A stretch of DNA of 64,000 nucleotides from Malacoraja senta. Lineage: Eukaryota. The position numbers and the translations under genes were made by a program. The stretch lies in contig CM075997.1 of NCBI GenBank assembly GCA_038087875.1, positions 6,016,001 through 6,080,000 on the forward strand, written 5' to 3'. Positions 1-12,480 of the stretch are shown here, piece by piece (within the stretch, counting starts at the first letter, position 1; each line of letters starts with the position of its first letter). A model generated the notes under the pieces. It was not told the DNA's origin. It saw only the letters and a list, made by a program, of their open reading frames with translations, and searched no databases.

Positions 1-2640
1 CCACCAAGTACCTGAAATTAGCCCGCCCAACGCCGACACTCCGCGACTCGGCCGCCCGCAGGCTCCCGGCCCCAACTCTGGCCCACGCTGCTTGCCCGAG
101 TCCCGCGACGCCATCTTGGCCACGAGGAGCAGCTCTAGTACTTACCAAGACGCCGCCTTCGCCGACCTCCACGCCGATGTTGCCGCCGACCTTCACCGGC
201 CTACCGATGACGCCCAGCCTCGCCGCTTCTATGGTAACTCGGACTTTCTCCCCCTCGCCGATTCCTCCGACTACCGCCACCATAACGCGACCGCCGAACC
301 TCGCCGCCCCCCGGGACCGACTTACCTCATCGCCGCACCGGGCCCATCCAACATTCCCGCTGCACTGGGCCCACCGAATATCACAGCCGCACCGGGCCCA
401 CCCAACATTGCCATCGCACCGGGCCCATCCAGCCTACTGAACATCGCCGTCGCACCGGGCATATTGAACTTCGCCGCCGGACCGGACCTACTGCACATCG
501 CTGCCGGACCGGGGCTCCCCGAACATGGCTGCCGCACCTCACCCCACTCACCTCGTCACCTCACCGGGCTGGCCGAACCGCGCCGCCCCACCGACCATCC
601 GCCCACCGGGACCTCCCACGCATCGCCCGCCGACCCGGACTCTACTGCCTGCGGACTCCTACCATCGGGTTCGCCGACCCTCTCCACTCCACCGCCTTCC
701 AGCAGCCCGCAGCCGTCGCCCTACCTGCAAACTGGTCTCTGCAGTGGGCCTGAAGCCTCCACGTTGCTGATTCCCACACCTCTGGGTTTGACTTCACTGG
801 GTCCTAGTGCTAGTCAGCCCAATCCCGGTAATCTCAGTGGCTGTTCCACTGGGTCTTCCCCATCCCCCCCAAACTATTTGACCCCTGGTCTTCCCTACCC
901 ACACTGCAGCCCTCATACCCCCCCACCCCCTGACCACCCACTACCCCCCCACCACATATCGCCTCGTCCCCAGTCCACTCACCTGCCTTCCTCCGGCCCC
1001 AACCCCCATCCCTGCCCGGTGTTCACCATCCCCCCCGACCTCCCCCTCTCCGACACCGAACGGTCGGTCCTCAGCAGAGGTCTTACCTTTGTCCCCCTCC
1101 ATCCCCACCTCAATGAGTTCCGCGCCCACCACGACATGGAGCTCTTCTACCGTCGCCTCCGCCTCACAGCGTTCTTCCACGGGAAGGAGTCCTCGCCCCC
1201 ATTGATGATCCCTTTCCCCGTCTCCAACGTACCCCCTCCTCGTGGACCCCCCCTCGTGGCCTTCCGGCTTTAGAACTTTTTATCCAAAACTGCCGTCGTG
1301 ACATCAACCGCCTCAACTTCTCCACTCCCCTGTCTCACTCCAATCTCTCCCCCCCTGAACGTACTGCCATCGAGTCACTCCGCAACAACCCAGACTGGGT
1401 TATCAAACCCACCGACAAGGGAGGTGCCGTGGTAGTCTGGCGCGTCGATCTCCACAAAGCTGAGGCCACGCGCCAACTCTCGGACACCTCCTCCTACTTA
1501 CCCCTGGACCATGACCCCACTGACGAGCACCAGGCCACCATCTCCAGCACCATCACCGACTTCATCAACTCCGATGCCCTGCCCCCCCGAGCCTCCAACC
1601 TCATCGTTCCCCAGCCCAGCATGGCCCGATTTTACCTTCTCCCCAAAATCCATAAACCTGACTGTCCTGGAAGGCCCATTGTCTCTGCCTGTTCGTGCCC
1701 CACCGAACTCATTTCCACCTACCTTGACTCCATCCTATCCCCCTTGGTTAAATCCCTCCCTACCTATCTTCAAGACACCTCAGATACTCTCCGTCGTCTC
1801 GGCGCATTCCATTCTCTAGGCCCTCACCCCCTCATCTTCACCATGGACGTCCAGTCACTCTACACCTCCATCCCCCACCAGGGCGGTCTCAAAGCCCTCC
1901 GGTTCTTCCTCGACCGGAGGAGCAACCTATACCCGTCTACCGATACTCTCCTCTGCCTAGCGGAGTTGGTCCTTACCCTCAATAACTTCTCGTTTGACAT
2001 CTCCCATTTCCTCCAAATACAAGGCGTAGCTATGGGCACGCGCATGGGCCCTACCTACGCCTGCCTCTTTGTCGGGTACATCGAACAATCCTTGTTCCAG
2101 GCGTACCAGGGCCCCATCCCCGACCTCTACCTCCGCTACATCGACGACTGCTTTGGTGCCACCTCCTGCACCCACACACAACTGACTGACTTCATCCGCT
2201 TCACCACTAACTTCCATCCGGCACTCAAATACACCTGGACCATTTCCGACACTTCCCTACCATTCCTTGACCTCACTATCTCCTTCGCAGATGATAGACT
2301 TCTGACCGACATCCACTATAAACCCACTGACTCCCACGGCTATCTTGACTACTCTTCCTCCCAACCTGCTTCCTGTAAGGACTCCATCCCCTATTCCCAA
2401 TTCCTCCGTCTTCGCCGCATCTGCTCCCAGGATAAGGTGTTCCACACCAGGGCATCGCAAATGTCCTCAATCTTCAGGGAACGGGGGTTCCCCTCCCCCA
2501 CTATAGATGAGGCTCGCACCAGGGTCTCCTCCCACCCCCTATCAGTCTGAAGAAGGGTTTCGGCCCAAAACGTTGCCTATCTCCTTCGCTCCATAGATGC
2601 TGCTGCACCCGCTGAGTTTCTCCAGTATTTTTGTGTACCT
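1..2640 (+). mobile_element. Penelope-like retroelement (PLE): RT largely intact, one frameshift, GIY-YIG region missing
   Basis: Pro-rich N-terminus (ORF 92-1273) with ~27-bp repeats at 330-510; frameshift at the C-run ~1196-1200 into IKPTDKGGAVVVW...FYLLPKIHKP...GRPIVS...GVAMGTRMGP...YLRYIDD; jumps at ~2531 directly to the PLE terminal repeat. Confidence 0.9.
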
Positions 2641-2644
2641 GCCG

Positions 2645-4489
2645 GATTAATGGTTGTAGTATCTGAATTGGAGTTTTGGATTATTCAATAACTAAATTTC
2701 TTATTTGTTTTGACGAGCCATTGTCAGATGCTGAGTTTGCAGTTGTCCCCACAAGGCTGCCACCGAATATGAACTGTACACTAATCCGGTTCTGGCGCCC
2801 TTGCCCATTCTGGTGCATCATGCCTTGCTCTTGTCTGAGGACTATTCCATAAGTCTAAATTAGATCTTGGCGCCTCCTTTTTTGTTACTTATTCAGTTTT
2901 TGCCTTAACGACTGGCTGGTTCTCTTGTTTTCTAATATCTTTCCAGTGATACCTAACTGCACGGGCCATTTGACTTGCACTATTCTCTGACCAATCCATG
3001 TTGTTTGTCTTGATTGCTTCTGCTACATCAGTTGGCAGACAGTTTACCAAAATTGCGCAGTACTGGGAGAATTCGCCCCATTCCGAAAATTTAAATCTCC
3101 CGACTGATCCATATATAGTTCTGAGAACCTTTCTAAAAACTCATCTGCTCCCTCTCCTTTCTTTGGTCTAACATCCAGAATCCTAGCGATGTCTATTGGC
3201 TTTTGGAGGGTAGTGGCAAGGGCAGTTAAAACTGCATCTTCTCTTGCATTGTTATTGCTGATTACATTAGCCAGTGCCTCGTGAGTTGGGTGTCCTAAAG
3301 TGGCTAGGAACCTGGTGTGCTCTGTAGGAGTCCACAAAGGAAGCAGGTGCTTTCTTTCTCAGGTATTTTACTCAATACTGCCATCATTTCATTTGGATTC
3401 CATGGAGAGTACACATCAATAGTTCGAGGAATGTTGGCACCAACTGCATGAGCCGGATCAAAGGCTGTGTTAGGCATCTCCCTAATTGGGAAATGGCGGC
3501 GTGATAGTTGCTCTGCCTGCATGATCTTTCCAATGTCTGACTCACTCTAAGTGTCTCCAGAGACTACTTCACCTTCCAATGTATCATCCTCATCACTAGG
3601 GGGAAGGCGGTACTTTTTAAAGGCATGTCTTTTCTCTCTGGGTGGTTGTTTTATTCTCCAAGGTTTCGGTTCGTAAACTGGTTCTGGATCGCTCTTTTTC
3701 TCGAAATACGGGAGTTATTTCTTTGTCTTGTACCGAGCACTACTGGAATATCTGTTAATGCTGGAGCTGTTGGGGCCAAGGAACTCTGTGGTGGTGCTGC
3801 TGGCTGGGGAGCAGGTGATACCACAGGATCACCATCAGCACGGGCTGTCAGTGGTGCTGCAGGAGGTCTGTGAGGCACATAAGGTGCTGGAGGTGGAGGT
3901 GACATATAGGGATAAGGTGAAGGCTGCAAACTTCTCTTAATGCGAATACTCTCCCAATCTTCTAAATATTCCTCGTCTCCCCCTTCAAAACCAAAGCCAA
4001 CCAACGAGTCCCTCAACTCTAATTGTACAAGTGCCACTTTTCCTTCAGGAGTCCTCTTATGTCTCCCGTTCCCTATGTTCTTTATAAGCACATCCACATT
4101 CTTTTTTCAAGGTATCCAGAGGTTTATTCCCTTCATCATCTTTTAATTCTATTCCAAGTTTTAAAGCGGCCTCCTGCCAATTCGCCATTATTGCAGCCTC
4201 TCTACGTTCTCTTAATCCTTCATAATATTGTCTCCACAGCCCAATAAGTTATTTTGCGGTCCCACTTTGACTATATTGCCAAATAATCTTTTCAATAAAT
4301 CTCACGCCCTCCAGGGTTCCAACCCCTTCATGCCACAACTTATCTCTTAATTTTTTATTCAAAGTTCCTGAGAAATCCTTCAATCTCAATCTTCAACTTA
4401 CTGCAAACTTAAATCTTCAACTTACTGCAAACTATTTGTAATGGGCTTTCGGGATATGTTGCTGTATCAATCTCAATCTGGTTTCCCAT
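2645..4489 (-). pseudogene. Degraded retroviral gag remnant (gag-2; MA, Pro-rich region, CA)
   Basis: Starts MGNQIEI at 4489; late-domain-like PPPPAPY and PTAP (ORF 3651-4097); FPIREMP...YSPWNPNEM; MHR-like LDVRPKKGEGADEFLERFSELY; ILVNCLPTDVAEAIK; several stops and frameshifts. Confidence 0.7.
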
Positions 4490-4549
4490 TGTCACTTAAA
4501 ATGGAAACAATAGCTCAAGCTATTCACACTTCACTCACAAAATTCCTAA

Positions 4550-5053
4550 AGGGCCTGTCCCACGAGGATGCGACTGCATGCGGCTAGCGTGACCTAACGT
4601 AGCCGTGCCGGAGCTGCATGGAGTTGTGCGGAACTGGTCCCGACATCGCGCGGGGCTCCGAAAAACTGACAGTTCAAAGATTCCGCACGGCAAAGGCCTG
4701 CCGGCCCGCTGCCGCATGGAGGCCGCACGCACCGCCTCGACGCTGTCGCAGCGTCTTGACGCCGAACGCTGCGTCTTGACGCCGTACGCTTAGCGCGTGG
4801 CGTTGCGCGATGACATCACCGCCCGGCATGCCGTTGCGTGATGACGTAACCGCCCGACGCCGTGCGACGTCCAAATTCAGTCGGCCCGCCTCCTGTCCAG
4901 CTGATTGGTGAGTATGATGTCGGGACCAGCTCCGCACAACTCCAGACGGCTCCGCGGTTGGAAGTGGGACCGGCCCCGCGAGGCCGTACGCCTCAAGCCA
5001 CCACGTTTGGTCGCGCTAGACGCATGCAATCGCATGCTGGTGGGACAGGCCCT
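4550..5053. mobile_element. Harbinger/PIF-type MITE
   Basis: TIRs AGGGCCTGTCCCA...TGGGACAGGCCCT, TAA TSD on both sides (4547-4549, 5054-5056), ~55-bp imperfect subterminal IRs, CpG-rich. Confidence 0.88.
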
Positions 5054-5151
5054 TAAGACTTGACAAGTTCGCTCACAAAACAATGGCCAAAATTTCTTCA
5101 ACGCACTAGTAAGTCTCTCACAAGACAAGGACACAAATTCCTATCACCTAA

Positions 5152-5390
5152 AGGGCCTGTCCCACCTGGGCGTCATTTGCGCATCACGCAGATGGCGCGT
5201 GAAGATTTTGTACATCCCAAAATCCTAGGGCGCCGCGCGTGACCGCGCCTCACTGCCTACGTCACCACACACCATACGCACGTATTGCGCACCATGCGTG
5301 CATAATGACCACCCAAATGCCCGGGTGCCACTGACCACCCAAAGTGCCGTCGGGCAACCTAAACACCGAGTCATTTTGCCCGGCTTGGCA
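5152..5390. mobile_element. Harbinger-type MITE, left end only
   Basis: TAA+AGGGCCTGTCCCA at 5149-5164; no right TIR found; followed by a PLE terminus at ~5392-5480. Confidence 0.6.
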
Positions 5391-6369
5391 TGCAGATACT
5401 GGTTTATACTGAAGATAGACACAAAAAACTGGAGTAACTCAGCGGATCAGGCAGCATCTCTGGAGAAAAGGAACGTGATGTTTTGTGTTGGTGACGGCTG
5501 TAATGCGTGGCAAAGATACTAAAGTGTGGCATGACAGAGGGTCGGAGCGAATGACGGGACCCGAACAGCGGCAGCGGCGGCTCCATCTCCTCCTCCCGCC
5601 CCCCGCCCGCCCTGTTAGCGGCCGCTGCTGCCACTCCGCCAACGGCGCTTTCAAAACAAACCCTCCCACATGCCGAGGCCGGGAGGGAGGGGGTGGCCCC
5701 CTTCCGCCGTCTGAAGCGTCTGCACCGCTCGGCCCCGCACCTTCCTGTTGGTTGGCGGAGGAGGGGAGGCGCTGGCGAGGAGATGCCAACTGCCTCCCCC
5801 TTTGGCGGCGGCACTTGGCGATGGACAGGCAGGAGCGGAGATCCCGGGGGGGGGAGCAGGGGACACACGTCCCCCCCCTGTTTTGAGAGGTCCCCACCCG
5901 AGTGCCCCCCCACACGCCCGGGGGTGGCCAGAGACGTCGGGAGTCAGACGGGCGCGGTGCCCCCAGGCCCACAGCCAGCGCAGAGAAGCAGCGCTAAATC
6001 CAGCTCAACTCTGCCTGTCCCGCCAGGTTACCCCTGCCTAGATTTACGGGAAATATGTCATCAGTCCAGGCGTGACCAAGCGAGACAGGCAGAGTTGGGC
6101 TGCATTTAGCGCTGGATTGAGCTGAAATTACCGTTCACAGGGCCTCCGAAGCCTCGTGCGTGTGTGTGAGTGTGCTCATGCGCGCGCGGCCGCCAAGATT
6201 TTGTGTCCCCCGGTCTCCTCCATATTTTGATAGCGATTTCCGTGCCTGACAGCGATGATGCCGGTGTTGTCCGAGGAGCGCTGACCTTCCTTCCCACCTC
6301 CTCTGCCCCTTCCTCGCTCTCTCTCTCTCTCTCTCTTGTACGCCCCCCTCCATCCCCGTTATCCTGAGA

Positions 6370-6812
6370 CCCCTCTTCTCCATCCCGCACTGATCCCCAA
6401 TCCTGCCTCTATTCAGTCCTCACTGACATCGCGTGTGCTCCCCTCCTCATCTACTCCCCCCCCCCCATCTATTCACCCTGCACTGATCTCCCTATCCACC
6501 TCGCATTGATTCTCCTGCCAATCCCCATCAATCCTACACTGGTCCCCCAATTTATTCTGTACGGACCCCCCTTCCCATCCATCCTGCACTGCTCCACCCC
6601 TTCATCCTGCACTGCTCCCCCCATCCATCCTGCACAGATCCCCCCCATTCAACCCCACTGTCATCCCCCGCTATCCCCTTACAAATTTACATACTCCAAC
6701 CAACACGCACTAATTCTCCTGCCTCAATCCATCCATTCCGCACCGATTGCCTTCTCAACTCCCCCCCCACCGCCATCTATCCATCCTGCACTGATTCACC
6801 CCCCCTTCCGAC
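6370..6812. repeat. C-rich degenerate minisatellite (atccatcctgcactgatcccc-like unit)
   Basis: About 15 imperfect copies of a cctgcactga(t/c)cccc motif. Confidence 0.6.
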
Positions 6813-7219
6813 CCTATTGTGCTGGAAATGTCTTCAGAGCGAACATTGACTATGTTTGATAACGGAATGCAATCAACTGTGTTTTAATTCCCAATGTTAG
6901 TATTTGTTTTAATCCATAAAGATGGATTAATTAAATTGTGAACACGTGAAACATTAAAACCGCAGTGTTCGATTGTCACTGCTACCGTTGACACGTTTTT
7001 ACAGAATTCATTTTAACGGCAAATCAATGCTCTTAATATGGAGTATCAGTACTGTAGTTATTTAATGAGCAACATTCACAACTATACGTTGGATTTATCC
7101 AGGTTTTACGTCTACAGTCAGTCATAAACATCACAAATTTGGTCAGGAGATATTTCAGTTGAAATTTTAAATTTCTGTTCCTTATCCACTCCAGCATAGA
7201 GGAGGGCCAGAAATGGTTC

Positions 7220-8223
7220 CTTTATGGATAAGTGCCTCTTAGCCAACCCCCTGGTCTGGGATTGGATGCATCAATTCTCCTCTCTTGTGGCCTCGAGCAG
7301 GGGTCAGTCAGATGGTCCAACCCCTCGAGTGCATTGAGGGCTGTCCCTATAGATTCCTTAACCGCAAGTCCCAGGAGCAGGAGTACCACCCCCCCGATGC
7401 CAGGTGCCGCAGTCTTAACCAAATAAGAATGGAGGGAGTCAGTAAAGTCACAGTCCTCAGGACTCTCATAATTCCAGTCGTCGTCCTACAAGAACATAAT
7501 TAGGCCCCATTGTCTTAGTGCCACTGCCACATCCTCGGCTGTGGACCAAGAGGGGGGGGGGGGGTTGTAAGTCTATTGGTGGGGGAAGGTAGGGACCCTG
7601 ATCCACTGTTGTTTCCCGGGGTGGTTATCATGCCAGATGTCCCCATCCCAGATATTAACGTCCTCCACCCTTATCATTAGTGAACGGACTTTAATCGGGT
7701 CAACTTGCCCGCTTAGACGCACGCCTCAGCTTGCTGGAGTCTGGACAACTCACAAGCAGTGTCCATCGCCCGGTTTCCCATCTCCGCTGCCTGGTTTCTG
7801 GATGTCACCACTGCCTCTGATAGAGTCAGTGGGTGCTCCTTTAATTTATCAATTTTGTCTTTTAGGTTTTTTATTTCTTGTTCTTTTTGTTTAAAATTCT
7901 CATGTTGAGATTTAACTATTGATAGTAACAGCCAGAATGCTCCTTTGTGGCTCCCCTTTTCCTCAGGCAACCCGCTCTCTTTTAACTGTGTCAATATATT
8001 AGGTCGATTTTAACATTAGGATTAAACATAGAAAATAGGTGCAGGAGAAGGGCATTTGGCCCTTCGAGCCTGCACCGCCATTGTTGTTTAGTGCATCGGA
8101 CCTGTCGATGGGCGTCCCGGACTGAGCAATTAAGTTGGCCAAACTCGCAAACCCGTCCGTATTATACACACACCCTGGGATCCGATACGTTTCAGGCTCC
8201 ACTGCTTTCTTTGACTTGCACAT
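7220..8223 (-). pseudogene. Degraded class III (ERV-L/ERV-S-like) gag remnant (gag-1)
   Basis: ATG at 8223 (MCKSKKAVEPETYRIPG), coiled coil (ORF 7713-7994), then VDPIKVRSLMIRVEDVNIWDGDIWHD resembling the ERV-L Gag motif KVRAL...WDGDVW; interrupted by a CR1 tail at ~8025-8082. Confidence 0.65.
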
Positions 8224-8225
8224 TA

Positions 8226-8701
8226 TCTATATATATTACTAAAACTCATATCTTGTTTGTTTGTTTGTATGTGTGCGTGAGATCCCAAAACCCCGCCAAA
8301 AAGGTACCTGATAGTGCTACAATTTTTGGCCCACCTTACTCACCATTGTCCTGGGATGTAAATGAAACGTTTAATTCGGATTGATGTTATATTATACAAG
8401 TTTTGACATTTTAAACTTTACAAAAATCACTTTTCAAACCACTTTTCCACTTGCCCTGCCTGTCAGTAGCATTCAACGTCACAATGACGTTACAAAGGGA
8501 TCCTGAACTCGTTTACATTAAAAATCGCGATTTTCAAAAAAACTGTGTTTTAATCAAATTCTTCCATTTTTATTAACAGCTAACATTGTGTTTAGGTTAT
8601 TTTAAAGAAAAAACACAATTTTCATTGAGAATTTAATTTTTTTTAAAATGTGGAATATTGTCTTGGGGGAACGGGGCCCAACGGGTCCGCACCTAGTCTA
8701 G
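8226..8701 (+). mobile_element. Non-autonomous Helitron
   Basis: A|TCTATATATATTACTAAAACTC 5' end; 3' GGGCCCAACGGGTCC hairpin then CTAG|T; inserted between A and T with no TSD. Confidence 0.85.
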
Positions 8702-8727
8702 TTTATTACTAAGTGTCTGTTATCTGA

Positions 8728-8745
8728 ATGCTGCCGACTACGCCA
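8728..8745 (-). promoter_or_regulatory. Retroviral primer-binding site complementary to tRNA-Ser
   Basis: Minus strand TGGCGTAGTCGGCAGCAT vs complement of the vertebrate tRNA-Ser 3' end TGGCGTAGTCGGCAGGAT (17/18), 2 nt after an LTR end ...CACAACA. Confidence 0.88.
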
Positions 8746-8747
8746 AA

Positions 8748-9673
8748 TGTTGTGTTCGATAAATCACTGGATTCAGATAACAGTTTTGATTCACTCAGTA
8801 ATTTATTACACTACTAAATAAGGCACATACTCACGTATCCTCGTATTGATTGATTTTTACTTTATTAATCCCCTTATTCAGGGGAAATTCTGATGTCCTT
8901 GCAGCACACTAATAAAAATACAACATAGCATTAAGAAGTTTAACATTAAACATAAAAACATGCCCCCACAATGGTTCCCACTGTGGGGGAAGGCACAAAG
9001 TCCAGTCCCCATCCCCATGTCCACCCATAGTCGGGCCTATTGAGGCCTCCACAGTCGCCACTACGGAGGCTCGATGTTCCTGGCCATTCTCGCCGGGTGA
9101 TGGTACTCCGGCGTCGGGAGAACCCTCTCAGCGGCTTGGGGTGCCAGGAACGGCCGCCTTCTTACTGGAGACCGCGGCTTCCAAGCCAACATCCCCGAGT
9201 GCACTCGCAAACCCCAAGTACGCAGCAGAGCACGCCGCAGGGTGTTTCTACATACACTCATGTACACCCGTACGCACTCCCAAACTCATCAGAGCACGCC
9301 ACAGGATGTTTAGTTCAAGATCACCTGGCACCATTTGCAACACGGTCCAAGGCTGAGGTTCTCTCACCGAAAGGATGCCCAACACCATACTTTATGGCAT
9401 TTCTTATCAGAGCATGAGCCAATCATACCCCCCCCCTTGTCTGCAACATTTCTGCGCTACTAGCAGTAGGGGGGCGCAGGTGGTCTACCCAACTATTGCT
9501 GTTGTGTTGTGTTTGCCAACGTTACACTTGAAGTCTGCGTTCCCAGGCAATGATCACAGATAACGAGCCTGGGAACCTTGTTTTCGTAGACTGTGGAATG
9601 TAGGGCTGCTAACTTAGCTGATAACTCCATTACACATTTTAGCTGAAATTGTCAGTTTAACCATTACACTACA
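8748..9673 (-). mobile_element. ERV 5' LTR, interrupted by a ~345-bp retroposon fragment at ~8846-9191
   Basis: Minus-strand termini TGTAGTG...CACAACA (TG..CA, 6/7 inverted match); CCAAT at ~9419, CATAAA at ~9391, AATAAA at ~8802; directly followed by the PBS. Confidence 0.7.
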
Positions 9674-10012
9674 CATGGTCCTTGTTTTCTCCGGGACTGG
9701 TCTCAGTGCCTGAGAAATGATTGAACTGATTTTTTTACCCTTCTGGTATTTTTGGTCCTAGGTGGATTGAGGTTTTTTTTACTCTCCCAGATGACATGGT
9801 GTTGGTGGGTTGAAGCGATGCATTTACAGCATTGGCATGTGGTTCTCTGCCACATGGACCTTCTTGTTGTATTCTAGCTCATCGTTTCCTTATGGCTCAG
9901 TTTAGATTTTGGAGGAAGATCTGAATGTGAACGTGTGAAGTTGTGTTGAAAAGCTATGCTTGTTAAGATTCTAAAGTACATTTGGATTTTGATTAATTTG
10001 CAATATATATGA

Positions 10013-10249
<237 letters not shown>

Positions 10250-11305
10250 TGAGTTTGTTATTGTAAAAACATATATTACAAAATCAGGGATGGTCGGACT
10301 TTTGTTTTGGTATTGTCAGTAATCCAGGTGCAAATTGCACTCAAGCTTACAGTAGTTTTGAGGGACTCTATCTTAAATAGATGTCATCTTATTTCCTTGG
10401 TGCTAGATTTCCAAATCATCTCAACATCCATCCTCAGTATTTTGTGTCTTCTAAGGATATAACTTCTCATTTCTTATATTCCAATAATTATAGACCCAAG
10501 CAGATGAACTTTGCTTCATACATTAAACCTTTCATTCTAGGAAACCCAGAGAATCTTCACTGTACTGCTTTCAATGCATGTATACCTTCTTCAAATTAGA
10601 GACAAAACTGTGTGCCACATTTCCAAGTGCAGCTTAGCCAGTGCCCTCTAAAATCATTTAAAAACTGACATAGAATAGTACTGCAAAACAACAGGCGCTT
10701 CAGCAGAACGATGCAAACTAAACAAACCCCTTCTGCATGCACATGATCCATATCCAGCCATTCTCTGCACATTCCTGTGCCTCAACTGCTTCTTCTGATA
10801 GCTCGTTCCATGTACCCATCACCCTGAGAAAAAATACTCCAACATTTGGCACGCTGGGTTTCATCGATCAGGGAATTAAAGATTTACAAGTTCTGCTTGC
10901 TGCATAAACCTGATGTGCATTTTATACGAAATGTCAGCAGAATTAGGTGACCCAGCACAGTAGGTCTCACAATTGGTATGTGGAGCCCTAAGTGGGTTCT
11001 TGTCATCAAAATGGTTAGAGTCATAGTGTAGTCATAGTCGTATAGCATGGAAACAGGCCCATCTTTCCCACACCGACCAACATGTCCCATCTACACTAGT
11101 CCCACCTGCCTGCATTTGGCGCATATCACACTAAACCTATCCCATCCATGTACCCATCCAAATATTTCATAAATGTTGTGATAGAACTGCCAAATTCAAA
11201 TTAATTGTATACTTAATGTTCAAAATATATCTTAAATTCTGGCAGCTGACTGAACACTGTTATCAAAATATTTAAGTTTGATTGTTTTTTTTCTTGCTGT
11301 TGTAG

Positions 11306-11396
11306 CTATCTCCGTCCATCTATGTTGCAGCACCTACTGCGTCGACTGGTGTTTGATGTACCAATATTGAATGAATATGCCAAGATGCCACTGAAG
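11306..11396 (+). CDS. RYR1: RyR coding exon (~exon 49)
   Basis: tgtag|C...AAG|gtcag, 91 bp; [30 protein letters not shown]; phase matches previous exon. Confidence 0.95.
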
Positions 11397-11439
11397 GTCA
11401 GTTTCACTGGGTATACCTTTGTTGTTGATTCAACTATTA

Positions 11440-11730
11440 ACAAAAGGAGGGAGTGCTCGCAAATCAGGCAGCATCAATGAGGAAAGGAAAGAGGCGACAT
11501 CCTGGAATAAGGAACCTTCATCAGAGCTGGAAATATGCAAAGCAACCTTGTTTTGAGTTGCAGACTGGGACGATGGCAAAGGTAGAGGGAATGTCTGTGA
11601 TGGGTTGTAGGCTCACTGGAACGTTTTAAAATCAGTCTGAAGAAGGGTTTCGGCCCGAAACGTTGCCTATTTCCTTCGCTCCATAGATGCTGCTGCACCC
11701 GCTGAGTTTCTCCAGCATTTTTGTGTACCT
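11440..11730. mobile_element. PLE terminal fragments; + copy with an intact hammerhead-like core at 11637-11664
   Basis: CTGAAGA-A-GGGT(TTCG)GCCC-GAAA-CGTT followed by agatgctgc...gctgagtttctccagcatttttgtgt. Confidence 0.75.
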
Positions 11731-11979
11731 TTAAAAACAAAGTTTAGTTTAGTTTACAGATGCAAAGTGGAAACAGGTCCTTCGGCCATCCTGTCCGAGC
11801 CGACCCATGACCACCCGTACACTAGTTCTATATTATCCCAGTTTTGCATCCTACTCACTGTGGGCAATTTATAGAAGCCAATTAGCCAACAAACTTGTAT
11901 GTGTTTGGAATGTGGGAGGAAACTGAAGCATCTGAAGGAAACCCATCTTTTACACCGCCCATCTTAAACTAGTGCCCTA

Positions 11980-12480
11980 TAGAGTCATACAGCATGGGGA
12001 CAGACCCTTCAGACCAGCTTGCCCATGCCGACCAACATGCCCCATCTACACTAGTCCCACCTGCCTGCTTTTGGCCCATATCCCTCTAAACCTATTCTAT
12101 TCATGCACCTGTTTTTTTTTAATGTTTTTTAAAACATTGTGATAGTACCTGCCTCAACTACCTCCTCCAGCAGCTTGTTCCACATACCTACCACCCTTTG
12201 TGTAAAAAAGTTGCTCCACATGTTCCTATTTATACTTTCTCCCCTCACCTTAAACCTATGTCCTCTGGTTCTTGAAGTCTAGTTTTAGACTTCCTAACTA
12301 TGGGGGAAAAAGACTGTGACCATCCATCTTAGCTATGCCCCTCGTGATTTTATAAACCTCGATTTTATAAAGGTCACCCCTCAGTCTTCTTAGGAAAGAA
12401 GCACAGCATCTAGTCTGTCTTTGTAAATTAAGCTCTCCCATCCCAGCAACATCCTTGTGAATCTTTTGTGTACCCTTTCT
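11980..12480 (-). mobile_element. CR1 LINE 3' fragment
   Basis: Similar to the 3' end and tail of the CR1 at 58655-61857. Confidence 0.75.

Noticed and set aside
92..1273. Host proline-rich protein gene
   Set aside because: It is the N-terminal part of the PLE ORF, continuous with the RT after one frameshift.
5404..6390. Overlapping 70-177 aa ORFs on both strands
   Set aside because: GC-rich low-complexity sequence with few stops; no recognisable domain.
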